A stretch of 64,000 bases of DNA. It comes from Methanobacteriota archaeon (GTDB taxonomy: Archaea; Thermoplasmatota; Poseidoniia; Poseidoniales; Poseidoniaceae). The stretch spans positions 9,465-73,464 of the forward strand of contig JABJMO010000002.1 in NCBI GenBank assembly GCA_018659375.1, written 5' to 3'. Of this stretch, positions 31,422-41,244 are shown one piece after another. How positions within the stretch are numbered: position 1 is the stretch's first letter; each line of letters begins with the position of its first letter. The translations under genes were made by a program, and so were the position numbers. The notes beneath the pieces are model-generated. The model made no database searches, was not told the DNA's origin, and saw only the letters and a program-made list of their open reading frames with translations.

Positions 31422-33995
31422 ATGGCAGACCAAGTTGCGTCGATTGATAACTTAGTTTTGCCGGACAAGGCTAAGAAATTCTTCATAGAAGAATGGGGGA
31501 TTAACAATCTACATCCCCCTCAAGCGCAATCTATGGAGGCAATCTTTTCCAACCGTAGTGCCTTAATTGCCATACCAACTGCAAGCGGTAAGTCGCTAAT
31601 TGCTTATATCGCAATCCTCCGTAAACTGCTACTCGAAGATATTGGTTCAAAAGCCATCTATATTGTACCTCTCAAAGCTTTAGCGTCAGAGAAATTTGAC
31701 GATTTCAAAGCGCTTGGCAAAGCATTAAATTTGTCTATTGGTCTTGGAATTGGTGATTCGACATCGGAAGCAAAAAAGATTGATGAATGTGACATTCTTG
31801 TATGCACTTCCGAAAAATTAGATTCAATAATTAGAAATCGTTCAGAATCTATGGCAAATGTTTCGATTATAATATCAGATGAATTTCATCTGTTAAATGA
31901 TGCAACTAGAGGTCCTACTTTGGAAATTAATCTAACAAAACTGCGTTACTTGAGGCCTAATGCTCAAATCATTGCCCTTTCGGCTACGGTTGGAAATTGT
32001 GAGCAACTTGCTAGTTGGCTTGATGCAGAATTGATAATTTCTGATTGGCGTCCTGTTGCTTTAGAATATAGCACATTTCACGATCTACATTTGGAGCCTC
32101 GGATGGTGCAGTCGGCTAATTTATCAGACAATGCAGATTTACTCAACCCCCCCCGGGATTTGGAAGGTCCAAAATCTCAACCAACATGGGTAGTTTTGAA
32201 TGATTCAATAGATTCTGGCGGCCAGCTACTAATCTTCGTGGGCACGAGGAAAAGTGCTGAATCTGAGGCGGTTAAATTGGCTAAAAGGGTGTCAAAAAAA
32301 CTTTCCGCAGAAGATAGTGAAAGAATGGCAAGATTGAGCCAAGTAGCATCTTCTATAGATGGAGGCCGTCAATCGGCAATGGGGGAGAAACTAGTGCAAT
32401 GTATTCGAGGTGGGACCGCATTTCACCATGCGGGCTTAACTCACAATCAAAGGAAAGTGGTTGAAAATGCCTTCAAAGAAGGTATTTTGACTTGTTTATC
32501 TGCTACTCCTACCTTGGCTGCTGGGGTAAACCTTCCAGCAAGAAGGGTACTTGTAAGAGATATTAAAAGATGGGATGATGGAATGAGTCGACCTTTGCCT
32601 GTTATGGAGGTTAGGCAAATGTTAGGCAGAGCAGGTAGGCCGAAATATGACAATTTCGGGGAAGCTTGGGTTCTATGCAAAGGTACCGATGGCTGGGAAG
32701 TTGCAGATATGGTTAGTGAAAAATACTTTTTTGGAGATGTAGAGCCAATAAATTCCAAGCTAGCAGGGGAGCCTGCGTTGCGCACCCACATTCTATCAAT
32801 CATATCGACAGGAGGAATCCAGCACAGAGGTGAGATAGGAGATTTCTTGTCTGCAACATTCCTTGGTTTTTCAACCCCAAAACATATCCTGAAAGAAAAG
32901 ATTGATCAAACTCTTACGTGGTTAACTGAGGAACGGTTTATCAGGAAAATTGGTGTTGACAGATCGTATTCTGAAGCACGTGCAGATAAAATTGTAGATT
33001 CTGACGATTGGGATGATAATGTACCTGCTTGGGCGATGGTTGCGAAGTCTACTCAAGGTGTGGAGTTGAACAATGAGACTAGTTCTAGTGGCGCTAACAA
33101 ATCCACTGCCCATAATAAACCAGCACTAGGCTTTAATTTGGCATCTGAATTAAGTTCAGTAGGAGCATGGCATTCAAATGAATTGGATGAATTTTCAGGT
33201 ATGAAATATGAGGCTACGATGATGGGTGAGAGAATAACTCAACTTTATCTTGATCCATTATCTGCGTCTATCATTAGAACAGGCCTAAGAAGGGCCATAA
33301 GAAGAATTGTAAAGAATATTGCTCCAGTGACCAATTTTGGACTTTTACATTTGGCGACCTCAACCCCAGATTTCACTTCATTATGGGCTAAAAATTCAGA
33401 AATGGAACCTAATTCCAAACTATGGATAAAAACAAATTCCGTAGAAGACGAATTATTATCTGACTCTAGTTATGATGAGATGCTGCTTTCAAATGTTAAA
33501 TCAGCTTGGATGGTTGAAATGTGGTGTGAAGAAGATAACATACGTTCTATAGAGAAAGATTTGGATGTCAACCCTGGTGATATTAACTATCGAGTTGATA
33601 TCATGGCTTGGCTTATTCATTCCTCTAGAGAAATAATTTTGACCGATGATGTGTTTTCTGACGAACATATGCCGCAGATTGCTGAACTAATCAAACAATT
33701 AGATGTGTTAAGGTTGAGGGTTAGACATGGCTGTAAAGAAGATTTACTCACCTTAGTAAATATCCCTAATGTCGGTAGATTTAGGGCCCGTGAGTTATCA
33801 AAAATCAATATCAGAACTCCTCATGATGTGGCAAATATGACCAAGAAACAAATTGATCAAATTTTAAAAATACGTGGGTGGGGTCCCCAATTACTGGATA
33901 AGATAATGCTTGAAGTGGTTAAAGTCATTGAGCCTTCAAAACAAATGAAGAAGAAGGTTCGTCTTGATGACATACCTTTAGATGATGAGATTTGA
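31422..33995 (+). CDS. hel308: Hel308 / Ski2-like superfamily 2 DNA helicase
   Basis: LHPPQAQ (Q motif), IPTASGKSL (Walker A), SDEFHLL (DExH), LSATV, FHHAGL and LGRAGRP, with a C-terminal HhH-like VNIPNVGRFRAREL. At 857 aa it is longer than typical. Confidence 0.85.
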   Translation: MADQVASIDNLVLPDKAKKFFIEEWGINNLHPPQAQSMEAIFSNRSALIAIPTASGKSLIAYIAILRKLLLEDIGSKAIYIVPLKALASEKFDDFKALGKALNLSIGLGIGDSTSEAKKIDECDILVCTSEKLDSIIRNRSESMANVSIIISDEFHLLNDATRGPTLEINLTKLRYLRPNAQIIALSATVGNCEQLASWLDAELIISDWRPVALEYSTFHDLHLEPRMVQSANLSDNADLLNPPRDLEGPKSQPTWVVLNDSIDSGGQLLIFVGTRKSAESEAVKLAKRVSKKLSAEDSERMARLSQVASSIDGGRQSAMGEKLVQCIRGGTAFHHAGLTHNQRKVVENAFKEGILTCLSATPTLAAGVNLPARRVLVRDIKRWDDGMSRPLPVMEVRQMLGRAGRPKYDNFGEAWVLCKGTDGWEVADMVSEKYFFGDVEPINSKLAGEPALRTHILSIISTGGIQHRGEIGDFLSATFLGFSTPKHILKEKIDQTLTWLTEERFIRKIGVDRSYSEARADKIVDSDDWDDNVPAWAMVAKSTQGVELNNETSSSGANKSTAHNKPALGFNLASELSSVGAWHSNELDEFSGMKYEATMMGERITQLYLDPLSASIIRTGLRRAIRRIVKNIAPVTNFGLLHLATSTPDFTSLWAKNSEMEPNSKLWIKTNSVEDELLSDSSYDEMLLSNVKSAWMVEMWCEEDNIRSIEKDLDVNPGDINYRVDIMAWLIHSSREIILTDDVFSDEHMPQIAELIKQLDVLRLRVRHGCKEDLLTLVNIPNVGRFRARELSKINIRTPHDVANMTKKQIDQILKIRGWGPQLLDKIMLEVVKVIEPSKQMKKKVRLDDIPLDDEI

Positions 33996-34569
33996 GCGGA
34001 TTGTTGAAAAGCCAATTCATCTACCCTTTGCTATGGAGATGCCAGAATTCCCTTGTGTTAAGTTGGATATCTCTAATCACAGCAGTAATCTTATTGGAGA
34101 TTTTATCAAGCAGAGAGATGATGAAAGTTGGCTACTTATGTCGCATTATGCTGCCCAAGGTCAACAACAATTGTGGACAGCTTGGCTTTTGGCAAAACGA
34201 GCATTTTCCAATAATAAAGCACTTGCAAGGTCATTAGACGCAGAATTTTTGAGATATATTGCCGGAACTCATCATGTCTCTGACGCCTTAAAAAAAGTAG
34301 GAATTAAAGATCATGACGATACTGCTTGGCTGGTATTTTTACCAGAGCATATAGTGGATTTAGACGAAATAAAGCCATCCTTTTCTGTAGATCAATTCAA
34401 TCTAGGAGTACAATCTATAGTACAAATGCTAGACTTAAAAATCATAGCAGGCAAGCCTGAAATAAATCTAAAGGGTATCGAAGAAATGGGCATCCCGGTA
34501 CCGGAATCTAGATTTAATGTAATAGATACAATAATTGGACATATTATCTCTGCAGACCTAAACTCTTGA
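33982..34569 (+). CDS. cgi121: KEOPS complex subunit Cgi121-like protein
   Basis: ALARSLDAEFLRYIAGTHHVSDALKKVGIKDHDDTAWLVFL parallels the Cgi121 core (compare M. jannaschii IAKSFWMEILVRASGQRQIHEAIKIIGAKDGNVCLI, recalled from memory). Size and C-terminal helix are also similar. It overlaps the hel308 stop, and the exact start is uncertain. Confidence 0.5.
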   Translation: MMRFERIVEKPIHLPFAMEMPEFPCVKLDISNHSSNLIGDFIKQRDDESWLLMSHYAAQGQQQLWTAWLLAKRAFSNNKALARSLDAEFLRYIAGTHHVSDALKKVGIKDHDDTAWLVFLPEHIVDLDEIKPSFSVDQFNLGVQSIVQMLDLKIIAGKPEINLKGIEEMGIPVPESRFNVIDTIIGHIISADLNS

Positions 34570-34609
34570 GTCATTTGAAAGAAGTATTCAAACACCACCG
34601 CTTGTTGGG

Positions 34610-36058
34610 TTGTTTATGGTGCTCGCTAAGACTCCTGATTCAATGGTCTCCCGAAACGACAATAGATATCTCGATGTAGATAAAATCAACAAAAGTTTAG
34701 ACTTGGTAACTAGTAACGGTGCAACATATGCGGAAGTTAGATTAGTTGCTTTGAATGATTATTCTGTGGCCATGCGTGATGGCAAATTGGAAAGGGCAAT
34801 TCCAGGTCAAGAAATTGGCGCAACAATCAGGGTCCTAGCAGATGGTGCCTGGGGGGTTCATTCAACTACCGACATATCATCATTGCAGGAACAAATGTCA
34901 CCTACTTTGAAACTGGCTCAATCTGTTGCTGCAAGAAGGTCTGCCAAAGACAGACCAATCAAATTAGCAGAGGTGCCAATAATTGAAGACAGTATGCATT
35001 GGGTACCCAAAAAAGATGTTAGGAATACTGAATTATCCCAACGTCTTGAACATATGAAGTTAATGAATTCATCCGCTTCAGAACATGAAAATATAGTATC
35101 AGTCACCTGTGGTTGGCATGATGAAAATATTCATACAGAATTTTTGAGCAGTGAAGGAATGAATAGAACTTGGAGTTTTCAACGGTCCTTGATTAATGGT
35201 ATGGTAACTGCTAGAGATGGCGGAAATGTTGTTTCATATCGAACTAGGTTTGGCGGTGAGGGTGGATTAGAATTGATTGAATCTTGCGATGTTGATGCTC
35301 TTGGAGAAAATGCCAGAATATCTGCTCTTAGGTTACTAAAAGCCCAGAGGGCACCATCAGGAAAAATGCCACTTATCGCTGATCGTGATTTAACCGGGGT
35401 TTACATTCACGAAGCATTAGGTCACCCATGCGAAGCAGATTTAGTGGCAGCTGGGGATTCTTGCCTAGATGGTAAATTAGGTCAGAAAATAGGCAGTGAC
35501 CTAGTGACGGTTATTGACGATCCAACTATCCGCGGAGGCTATGGAGCCCATCCAATTGATGACGAGGGACTTGATACTATAGAAAAATGCTTGATAAAAA
35601 ATGGAGTTCTAACAGAATATCTCAATCACCGGGAAACAGCAGAACATTTCGGGATCAAACCTAATGCTGGTGCTAGAGCACAAGATGGCTTACATCATCC
35701 TTTAGTTAGAATGTCAAACACACTAATTCACGGTGGTACACATAACGACTTAGATGATTTAGTTGATGATGTGGAGTATGGAGTTTATGCTTGTGGGTCT
35801 CGTGGCGGACAAGTAGATACTGGTAGAGGGTCATTCCAATTTGCTGCACAAGAGGCATGGTTGATTGAAAATGGAGAAATAACCACTCCGCTGAAAGATG
35901 TAAGCGTCAGCGGACTTACCCTACAGATTTTGAAAGATGTTGACGGACTTACCAAAGAGTCTAGATTGGCTGCTCCGGGTTTTTGTGGAAAGGGGCAAAC
36001 AGTTCCGGTTGGGGATGGCGGCCCAATAATGCGAATAAGTGAAGCTTTGGTGGGATGA
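34610..36058 (+). CDS. tldD: TldD metalloprotease
   Basis: IHEALGHPCEADL (HExxxH) and the C-terminal GGQVD...FQF...I.NGE block. It is paired with the PmbA paralogue downstream. Confidence 0.85.
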   Translation: MFMVLAKTPDSMVSRNDNRYLDVDKINKSLDLVTSNGATYAEVRLVALNDYSVAMRDGKLERAIPGQEIGATIRVLADGAWGVHSTTDISSLQEQMSPTLKLAQSVAARRSAKDRPIKLAEVPIIEDSMHWVPKKDVRNTELSQRLEHMKLMNSSASEHENIVSVTCGWHDENIHTEFLSSEGMNRTWSFQRSLINGMVTARDGGNVVSYRTRFGGEGGLELIESCDVDALGENARISALRLLKAQRAPSGKMPLIADRDLTGVYIHEALGHPCEADLVAAGDSCLDGKLGQKIGSDLVTVIDDPTIRGGYGAHPIDDEGLDTIEKCLIKNGVLTEYLNHRETAEHFGIKPNAGARAQDGLHHPLVRMSNTLIHGGTHNDLDDLVDDVEYGVYACGSRGGQVDTGRGSFQFAAQEAWLIENGEITTPLKDVSVSGLTLQILKDVDGLTKESRLAAPGFCGKGQTVPVGDGGPIMRISEALVG

Positions 36059-37464
36059 AATTGTTACCAGATGGTGCATTAGACCGACTTCAAGAAGGTT
36101 GTCGAACAATCGGGTCTAGGTGTAATCAACTAGGCATCAGCCAATGGGAAGTAGTTGCTAGTCAGTCATATGGTCACCAAATTGATATTGAGGGCGGAAA
36201 GATCTCACTTGCCGGTGGTGGAGGTGAAGGTGGATATGGAGTACGAGTGTTAGAAGATGGTAAATTTGGTTTTGCTTATCTTGTTGATGTCAAATCAGCC
36301 GATGAAGCAATTAGTAGTGCGATTTCAATTGCACGAATGTCACCATCAATAGATGGATTTGTCCTCCCATCTGAGCAAAGTGCCAAAAAAGTCGCAGGAT
36401 TATTCGATAAATCAATTATTGATTTAGACTCTGAATATCTGTTGAACCAAGCAGACGCCATAATTTCAGAGGTCTCTTCTTTAGATGCACGAGCTGTTGT
36501 TACAGGAGGTGGAATTGGAGTTAGTGCCAATGCTGCATCTATACTTACTAGTGAAGGTATTGAATCAGGGGGTTTGACAACCTCGCATGGCGTAGGTGTC
36601 CAAGTATCTATAGAAGAAAACGGACAATTAACTAGTTCATGGCAAAGCAAATCTGCAAAAAGTAAACTCCCAAACGTGCCTCAATGTATTGAGAGAGCGG
36701 TTGAATGGGCTCAACTAACTAGGGATCCAATCAAGGTTGATCCCTTGGAAGATGATTCGCCGATATTAATGACTAGTGAAGGCTTTTCTCCGTTATTTTC
36801 AGTTGTAGTCCCTACCGCAATTAAAGGAGAAAAATTAGTCCGCAATGAATCTTTTTGGTCTGGTAAGATGTCAGAAAATGTACTTAGTTCAGATCTGTCA
36901 ATAATTGATGATGCAACAGTGGAATCAGGTAAATCATCTGGTTCAAGAGATGATGAGGGGGTGCCTTCGAGACGTAATGTGTTAATTAAAGACGGCAAGT
37001 TAACCAGTTCCTTGTGGTCAACTAGAGACTCGGCACAGCAAATCTCGGAAGGACGAATTGAATCTGCTCATACAACTGGGTCTGCAATAAGGTCAGGTCA
37101 CCAATCACCACCTGTTTCTGGTTGCAGCAACCTGTTTTTGACCTCATCCAAAAAATCTCACAGCTTTGAATCAATGATCGAAGTGATGGGTGATGGATTT
37201 GTAATAAATAGCGTAATGGGCGCTCATACGGCTAACCCAACTAGCGGAGACTTTTCCGTAACTTCCAGCTCAATATTGCGGGTTGAAAATGGGGAGATAA
37301 TTGGCGCTGTCAAACAAGCTGGTGTATCGGGTAATATGGCTAATGCATTACAGGAAGGAGTGTTCCTTGGCGACGATGTAAGGCCCCAAGGGTCATATTC
37401 ATCTGGGACCATGTATGTCCCAAGTGTATTATTAACCAAAGGAATAAGAGTTAATCCCGTTTAG
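36055..37464 (+). CDS. pmbA: PmbA/TldE (TldD partner protein)
   Basis: PmbA_TldD-family layout without the HExxxH motif. GAHTANPTSGDFSVTSSSILRVENGEI is the conserved C-terminal block. It overlaps tldD by 4 nt. Confidence 0.8.
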   Translation: MKLLPDGALDRLQEGCRTIGSRCNQLGISQWEVVASQSYGHQIDIEGGKISLAGGGGEGGYGVRVLEDGKFGFAYLVDVKSADEAISSAISIARMSPSIDGFVLPSEQSAKKVAGLFDKSIIDLDSEYLLNQADAIISEVSSLDARAVVTGGGIGVSANAASILTSEGIESGGLTTSHGVGVQVSIEENGQLTSSWQSKSAKSKLPNVPQCIERAVEWAQLTRDPIKVDPLEDDSPILMTSEGFSPLFSVVVPTAIKGEKLVRNESFWSGKMSENVLSSDLSIIDDATVESGKSSGSRDDEGVPSRRNVLIKDGKLTSSLWSTRDSAQQISEGRIESAHTTGSAIRSGHQSPPVSGCSNLFLTSSKKSHSFESMIEVMGDGFVINSVMGAHTANPTSGDFSVTSSSILRVENGEIIGAVKQAGVSGNMANALQEGVFLGDDVRPQGSYSSGTMYVPSVLLTKGIRVNPV

Positions 37465-37621
37465 TTGATTTTTCAATGGGATAATTTATGTTCCGCCGAC
37501 TCTGGTGTAATAATACTGGAGGAAAAGGGAGTGTATTGTCTAAACCAAACCGCACAGAAGCCCGCATCCGTTCCAAATTATGGAAACGGCAAACTGAATA
37601 TTATTTGTAAAGGTGTTTCAC

Positions 37622-39310
37622 ATGTCAGATGACAAATATGAATCACACATCAAGGCTGTTTTATCTGAATGCCCTGATGCTGATATTGATGAAGTAAAGG
37701 CATCATTCAAGAAATATGAAGAAGAATTCTATATTCCACCTCAGGATGCTCTAAGGTCAATAGTTAGAAGATTTCAAGGAGAAAAACAAACTTCTTCACC
37801 ATCTAATAACACCAACAATATCCCTAGAAATACTAAGAAAGTGAAGTCACTTTCTGAACTTTCAGGTGCTGACAAGGATGTGGAGATAGAGGTTGAAATT
37901 ATCTCTCATAATGTAAGAGAGCAAATGATAAGAGGTGAAGAGAAGAAAATTGCCTTTGGATTGATTGAAGATAATCCATGGGATGATGGCACTGAAAGAA
38001 TTCGTTGGGAGTACAAAGATTGGGGTCCAAATTCAAACATAACTCCGGGTTCTGTAGTCAGAATTGAAGGAGCATCAGTCAATGAATATCAAGGAAAAAT
38101 GTCCCTAAACATAAATCAAGGTGCAAGAATTGCTGTTTTGAGAGAGGGTACAAGACCAGTTAATGCTCCTGGCGAACCAATAGACATTAGCAGCATTCCA
38201 AAAGACGGTTATATCTGTGTTGTTGGTAGGGTACTCTCATCAAGGGAAGACCAAATTCACCGTAAAGACGGTTCAGGATCGCTCGATGTAGTTAGAGGCA
38301 GAATTGCCGATGAATCTGGCACTATTGGTTTTCTTTCATGGGAGCCATTTACGCATGAGATTGGTAGTTTAATCAAAATAGATGGAGCACAGGTTAAAAC
38401 ATTTAGAGACACTCCAGAACTGAATTTTGGTAGGACAACTAAGATAGAACCATTTCATGACGCGAATTTCGCAGATACAGAGAAACTAAACAGCCAAAAT
38501 ATGAAAACAGTTTCCCAACTTACGGATGGCTCAAGAGATGTCGAAATTATTGTCCAAATCACCGAATGGGAAAAGCGGTCTTTTACCAAAGATGGAGTCG
38601 AAAAACATCTTTGGTCAGGACAAATTGCTGATTTGACCGGAAGATGCCGAATGAGTGCATGGGAAGAACTACCTATCGACGCAAATAAATTGCCCTTGAC
38701 AGTTAAGTTGTCAGGAGTGCGGGTAAGAGCTTGGCAGGGTATTCCTGACATAACAGTGGATACTGCAAAACAGGTAGAATTTCTAGACACCACGCCTTGG
38801 GATGAGTCGATTAATCTTGAAGAACATGTCGTCGAAGTGGAATTAACAGAATTAACCAAGTCATCCAGTAGAGTTGGAATCACTACCAAAGGAACAATAG
38901 TTAGCGTTAGAGATGATTCTGGAATAATCCTGCGTTGTCTAAAGTGCCGAAGAGTACTTCGCGACGGAGAATGTGCATCTTGTGGTTCTTCAGAATCTCA
39001 GCAGGATGTTAGATTGAGGTTGGTAATAGATGATGGTGAAAATACCGCTTCATTATTGATAAATAAAGCAGCGTCTATCAAACTTACTGGTCTAGATGAA
39101 GACACTATGGCGAAGAAAATAGAATCAGAAGGAAAAATGGAATTTGTTCAATCACTAAGAGATATGATGCTAGGTAGGGTTGTAAAAGTTAATGGACGTA
39201 CAATTGTCGATGAACAAGGTGCGATGATCCTTGCAGATCATGCTGAGTTAGATGACGATGACCCTGGTCTTCTAGCCACAGAAGTTAGAGCAAAATGGGG
39301 GGTTAACTGA
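37622..39310 (+). CDS. rpa: Replication protein A (multi-OB-fold ssDNA-binding protein with zinc finger)
   Basis: Several OB-fold units (VEIEVEIISHN...IEDNPWDD..., ICVVGRVLS...IADESGTIGFLSWE, VEIIVQITEW...IADLTGRCRMSAWE) and the zinc finger CLKCRRVLRDGECASCG. I chose ATG 37622, which has AGGTG 6 nt upstream. The track's GTG start is at 37613. Confidence 0.75.
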   Translation: MSDDKYESHIKAVLSECPDADIDEVKASFKKYEEEFYIPPQDALRSIVRRFQGEKQTSSPSNNTNNIPRNTKKVKSLSELSGADKDVEIEVEIISHNVREQMIRGEEKKIAFGLIEDNPWDDGTERIRWEYKDWGPNSNITPGSVVRIEGASVNEYQGKMSLNINQGARIAVLREGTRPVNAPGEPIDISSIPKDGYICVVGRVLSSREDQIHRKDGSGSLDVVRGRIADESGTIGFLSWEPFTHEIGSLIKIDGAQVKTFRDTPELNFGRTTKIEPFHDANFADTEKLNSQNMKTVSQLTDGSRDVEIIVQITEWEKRSFTKDGVEKHLWSGQIADLTGRCRMSAWEELPIDANKLPLTVKLSGVRVRAWQGIPDITVDTAKQVEFLDTTPWDESINLEEHVVEVELTELTKSSSRVGITTKGTIVSVRDDSGIILRCLKCRRVLRDGECASCGSSESQQDVRLRLVIDDGENTASLLINKAASIKLTGLDEDTMAKKIESEGKMEFVQSLRDMMLGRVVKVNGRTIVDEQGAMILADHAELDDDDPGLLATEVRAKWGVN

Positions 39311-40236
39311 TGCAATCAACTGGACGAGTAAAGCGACAATCCGCAGTCCACATTTTTGCCTCAGAGTATGGTGAATCAACATTAAGCGAGAAAGGTTCTG
39401 GTGAATTTGATCCATCGTTTGTGATCACTAAGTTAGGTTCAAGAGTTAATCGCGTCATCGTTGCAGGTTTACTAGAACGTATTGAAGGAAGAGATGTCTC
39501 GAACGGCTCTGTTATTTACCAAGGTCAATTAAGAGACCCATCTGGAGTGAACTATTTTTCAGTTGGAGATTATGTTTCTGATACAGTAAAGGAACTAACA
39601 ATACAACTTTCAGAAAAATTGGAAACAGGTGAGCCAATATTGCTGATGATGGTCGCTAAAACACGTTTGTATCAAACTGATGAGGGGGCAGTCTATACTT
39701 CACTTAGGCCTGAAGAGATGTGCGTCATTGATTCGTCTAGGTATGCTAGCTGGCTGGCTAAGACATCGGATTACATGATGATTAGAATGTCTAATTATAT
39801 GTCAAGTTTAGATTTTGATGCTAATATTGAATCAATGTCAAAATCAGAGTTTTCCGAACATCAACAACTCGGCTTAGTTGCTGCTAGGAATCATTACGGA
39901 GAATTAGATCTAGAACATTACCGGTTGAATGTAATGCAAGCACTAGACATCGCGGAAGGTAAATTGGAGTCTGCTTCTAAACCAGCACCTCAAAGAATAG
40001 AACCAACGATAGATGAAGACAACTCTGCAGAACAAAAAGAGAGTGATGATATTGAGACGGCAATAACTGATATCATTAACACCCTTGACCAAGGAGATGG
40101 AGTGGATTTTGAAACAATTATTGTAAATGCAGAAGCTAGAGGTTTTCAGCGTTCCATAACCGAAGAAAAAATCGAGGAAATGTCAGATAGCGGCATTGTT
40201 CATGAGCCAGCTTTCGGCTGGTTTAGATTAGTTTAG
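39310..40236 (+). CDS. RPA-associated protein (Rpap, COG3390-like OB-fold protein)
   Basis: AVHIFASEY...FVITKLGSRVNRVIVAGLLERIE...LRDPSGVNYFSVGDY...LLMMVAKTRLYQTDEGAVYTSLRPEEMCVID...WLAKTSDYMMIRM matches my recollection of the haloarchaeal RpaP pattern. Its start overlaps the rpa stop (TGATG). Confidence 0.55.
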   Translation: MQSTGRVKRQSAVHIFASEYGESTLSEKGSGEFDPSFVITKLGSRVNRVIVAGLLERIEGRDVSNGSVIYQGQLRDPSGVNYFSVGDYVSDTVKELTIQLSEKLETGEPILLMMVAKTRLYQTDEGAVYTSLRPEEMCVIDSSRYASWLAKTSDYMMIRMSNYMSSLDFDANIESMSKSEFSEHQQLGLVAARNHYGELDLEHYRLNVMQALDIAEGKLESASKPAPQRIEPTIDEDNSAEQKESDDIETAITDIINTLDQGDGVDFETIIVNAEARGFQRSITEEKIEEMSDSGIVHEPAFGWFRLV

Positions 40237-40298
40237 ATTAACGATAACTCCCAACACATTCAAGTTCTTCGTTGACTGTGGTGTGTATAGGTGGAGAC

Positions 40299-40652
40299 AT
40301 GTCAGGAATGGATTTTTTTATCCGCCCAGCAACGGGGACAAGTAGTTCAGACTGGGTTAGGATTCCAAATGCCGATATTAAGGTAAAGTCTGCTAGAAGA
40401 ATAACTAGAACAATTGTAAGGGGCCAAGAAGGTGACAACCTTCATGATGAAGGCTCAGAGTCTACTCTTTACACTGTATCAGGTGAAATGAAAATCGATG
40501 AGTATAAGAAAATATTATCCATGTACAAATCAGGTCAACCGTGTATCCATGACCCATTTGAAGAAAGAGATGTGAAAGTAGTTTTCGCATCAATGGAATA
40601 TGATGGTTCTAATGAATCATTCATGTTTGAATTCATTGAAGACATTATTTGA
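40299..40652 (+). CDS. Hypothetical soluble 117-aa protein, first gene of the pilus-like operon
   Basis: ATG 40299 is preceded by GGTGGAG. No TM segment or class III signal peptide. No family recognised. It ends 9 nt upstream of the next gene. Confidence 0.5.
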   Translation: MSGMDFFIRPATGTSSSDWVRIPNADIKVKSARRITRTIVRGQEGDNLHDEGSESTLYTVSGEMKIDEYKKILSMYKSGQPCIHDPFEERDVKVVFASMEYDGSNESFMFEFIEDII

Positions 40653-40661
40653 GGTGTTTTT

Positions 40662-41243
40662 TTGAGAAAACTCGATGAGAAAAAAGAGATTCTTTACGTC
40701 ATTAGAACGCTTGATGTATTGATGTCTTCGGGTGTTGGTTTGGAGGCGGCTTTACACACTATTGGCAAAGGTGGATATGGGATAATTTCTAGTGACTTTT
40801 CTTCATTGATGAAAAAGCTAAGTTCAGGTAAATCAAGGGGATTGGAATTTGAAGTCAAGGGTTTGATGAATAAAGCAGAATCTGAAGGATACCGTAGATT
40901 ATTGAATACTATGTATACTAATTTAACACAAAATACTGATTTGATAGAAACTCTCAGAAAACAAGGTAAAAGAATGGAAGAAGATCGTAGTGAATCGGTA
41001 AATAAGTATATCGAAGAACTTGGCGGAGTTCCAGAAACCTTGCTTTCTATTGGCATGATAGGACCAATAATCTTAGCAATCGTAGGTCTTGTTCCTCAAA
41101 TTCTTGGCGATGGAGCGGAAGCAATAATCGGTTCTATAGACCAAGGATTAATTAATTCTATAGTTAATGGTGGGTTAATGTTTACCTTAATTGGGATGAT
41201 GCTCATAGGCTTGAAGGCGCATACAAAAGATCCGGGGTTGTGA
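40662..41243 (+). CDS. FlaJ/TadB-like (T2SSF-domain) pilus platform membrane protein, first half
   Basis: A cytoplasmic helical domain LDVLMSSGVGLEAALHTIG...SSLMKKLSSGKS is followed by two TM helices, about one T2SSF unit in length. TTG start. Confidence 0.6.
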   Translation: MRKLDEKKEILYVIRTLDVLMSSGVGLEAALHTIGKGGYGIISSDFSSLMKKLSSGKSRGLEFEVKGLMNKAESEGYRRLLNTMYTNLTQNTDLIETLRKQGKRMEEDRSESVNKYIEELGGVPETLLSIGMIGPIILAIVGLVPQILGDGAEAIIGSIDQGLINSIVNGGLMFTLIGMMLIGLKAHTKDPGL

Positions 41244-41244
41244 A

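Noticed and set aside
32147-32154. C8 homopolymer (plus G7 at 63874-63880), considered as frameshift or pseudogene sites.
   Set aside because: The reading frames of hel308 (NPPR) and the PAC2 gene (SPPH) run straight through with homology on both sides, so there is no disruption. I note them only as potential sequencing-error hot spots.
32952-33206. An insertion of about 85 aa in the Hel308 winged-helix region (RKIGVDRSYSEARADK...NELDEFSGMK), considered as a possible intein or mobile insertion.
   Set aside because: There are no intein splice-junction features (no Cys/Ser at the insertion start, no His-Asn + Cys/Ser/Thr at its end) and no endonuclease motifs. The composition is low-complexity Ser/Asp/Asn, so it is most simply a lineage-specific loop.
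40238-40438. 66-aa minus-strand hydrophobic ORF overlapping the start of the pilus-like operon.
   Set aside because: It is antisense to the better-supported + strand ORF, which has a GGTGGAG box before ATG 40299 and operon continuity. It has no start context of its own.
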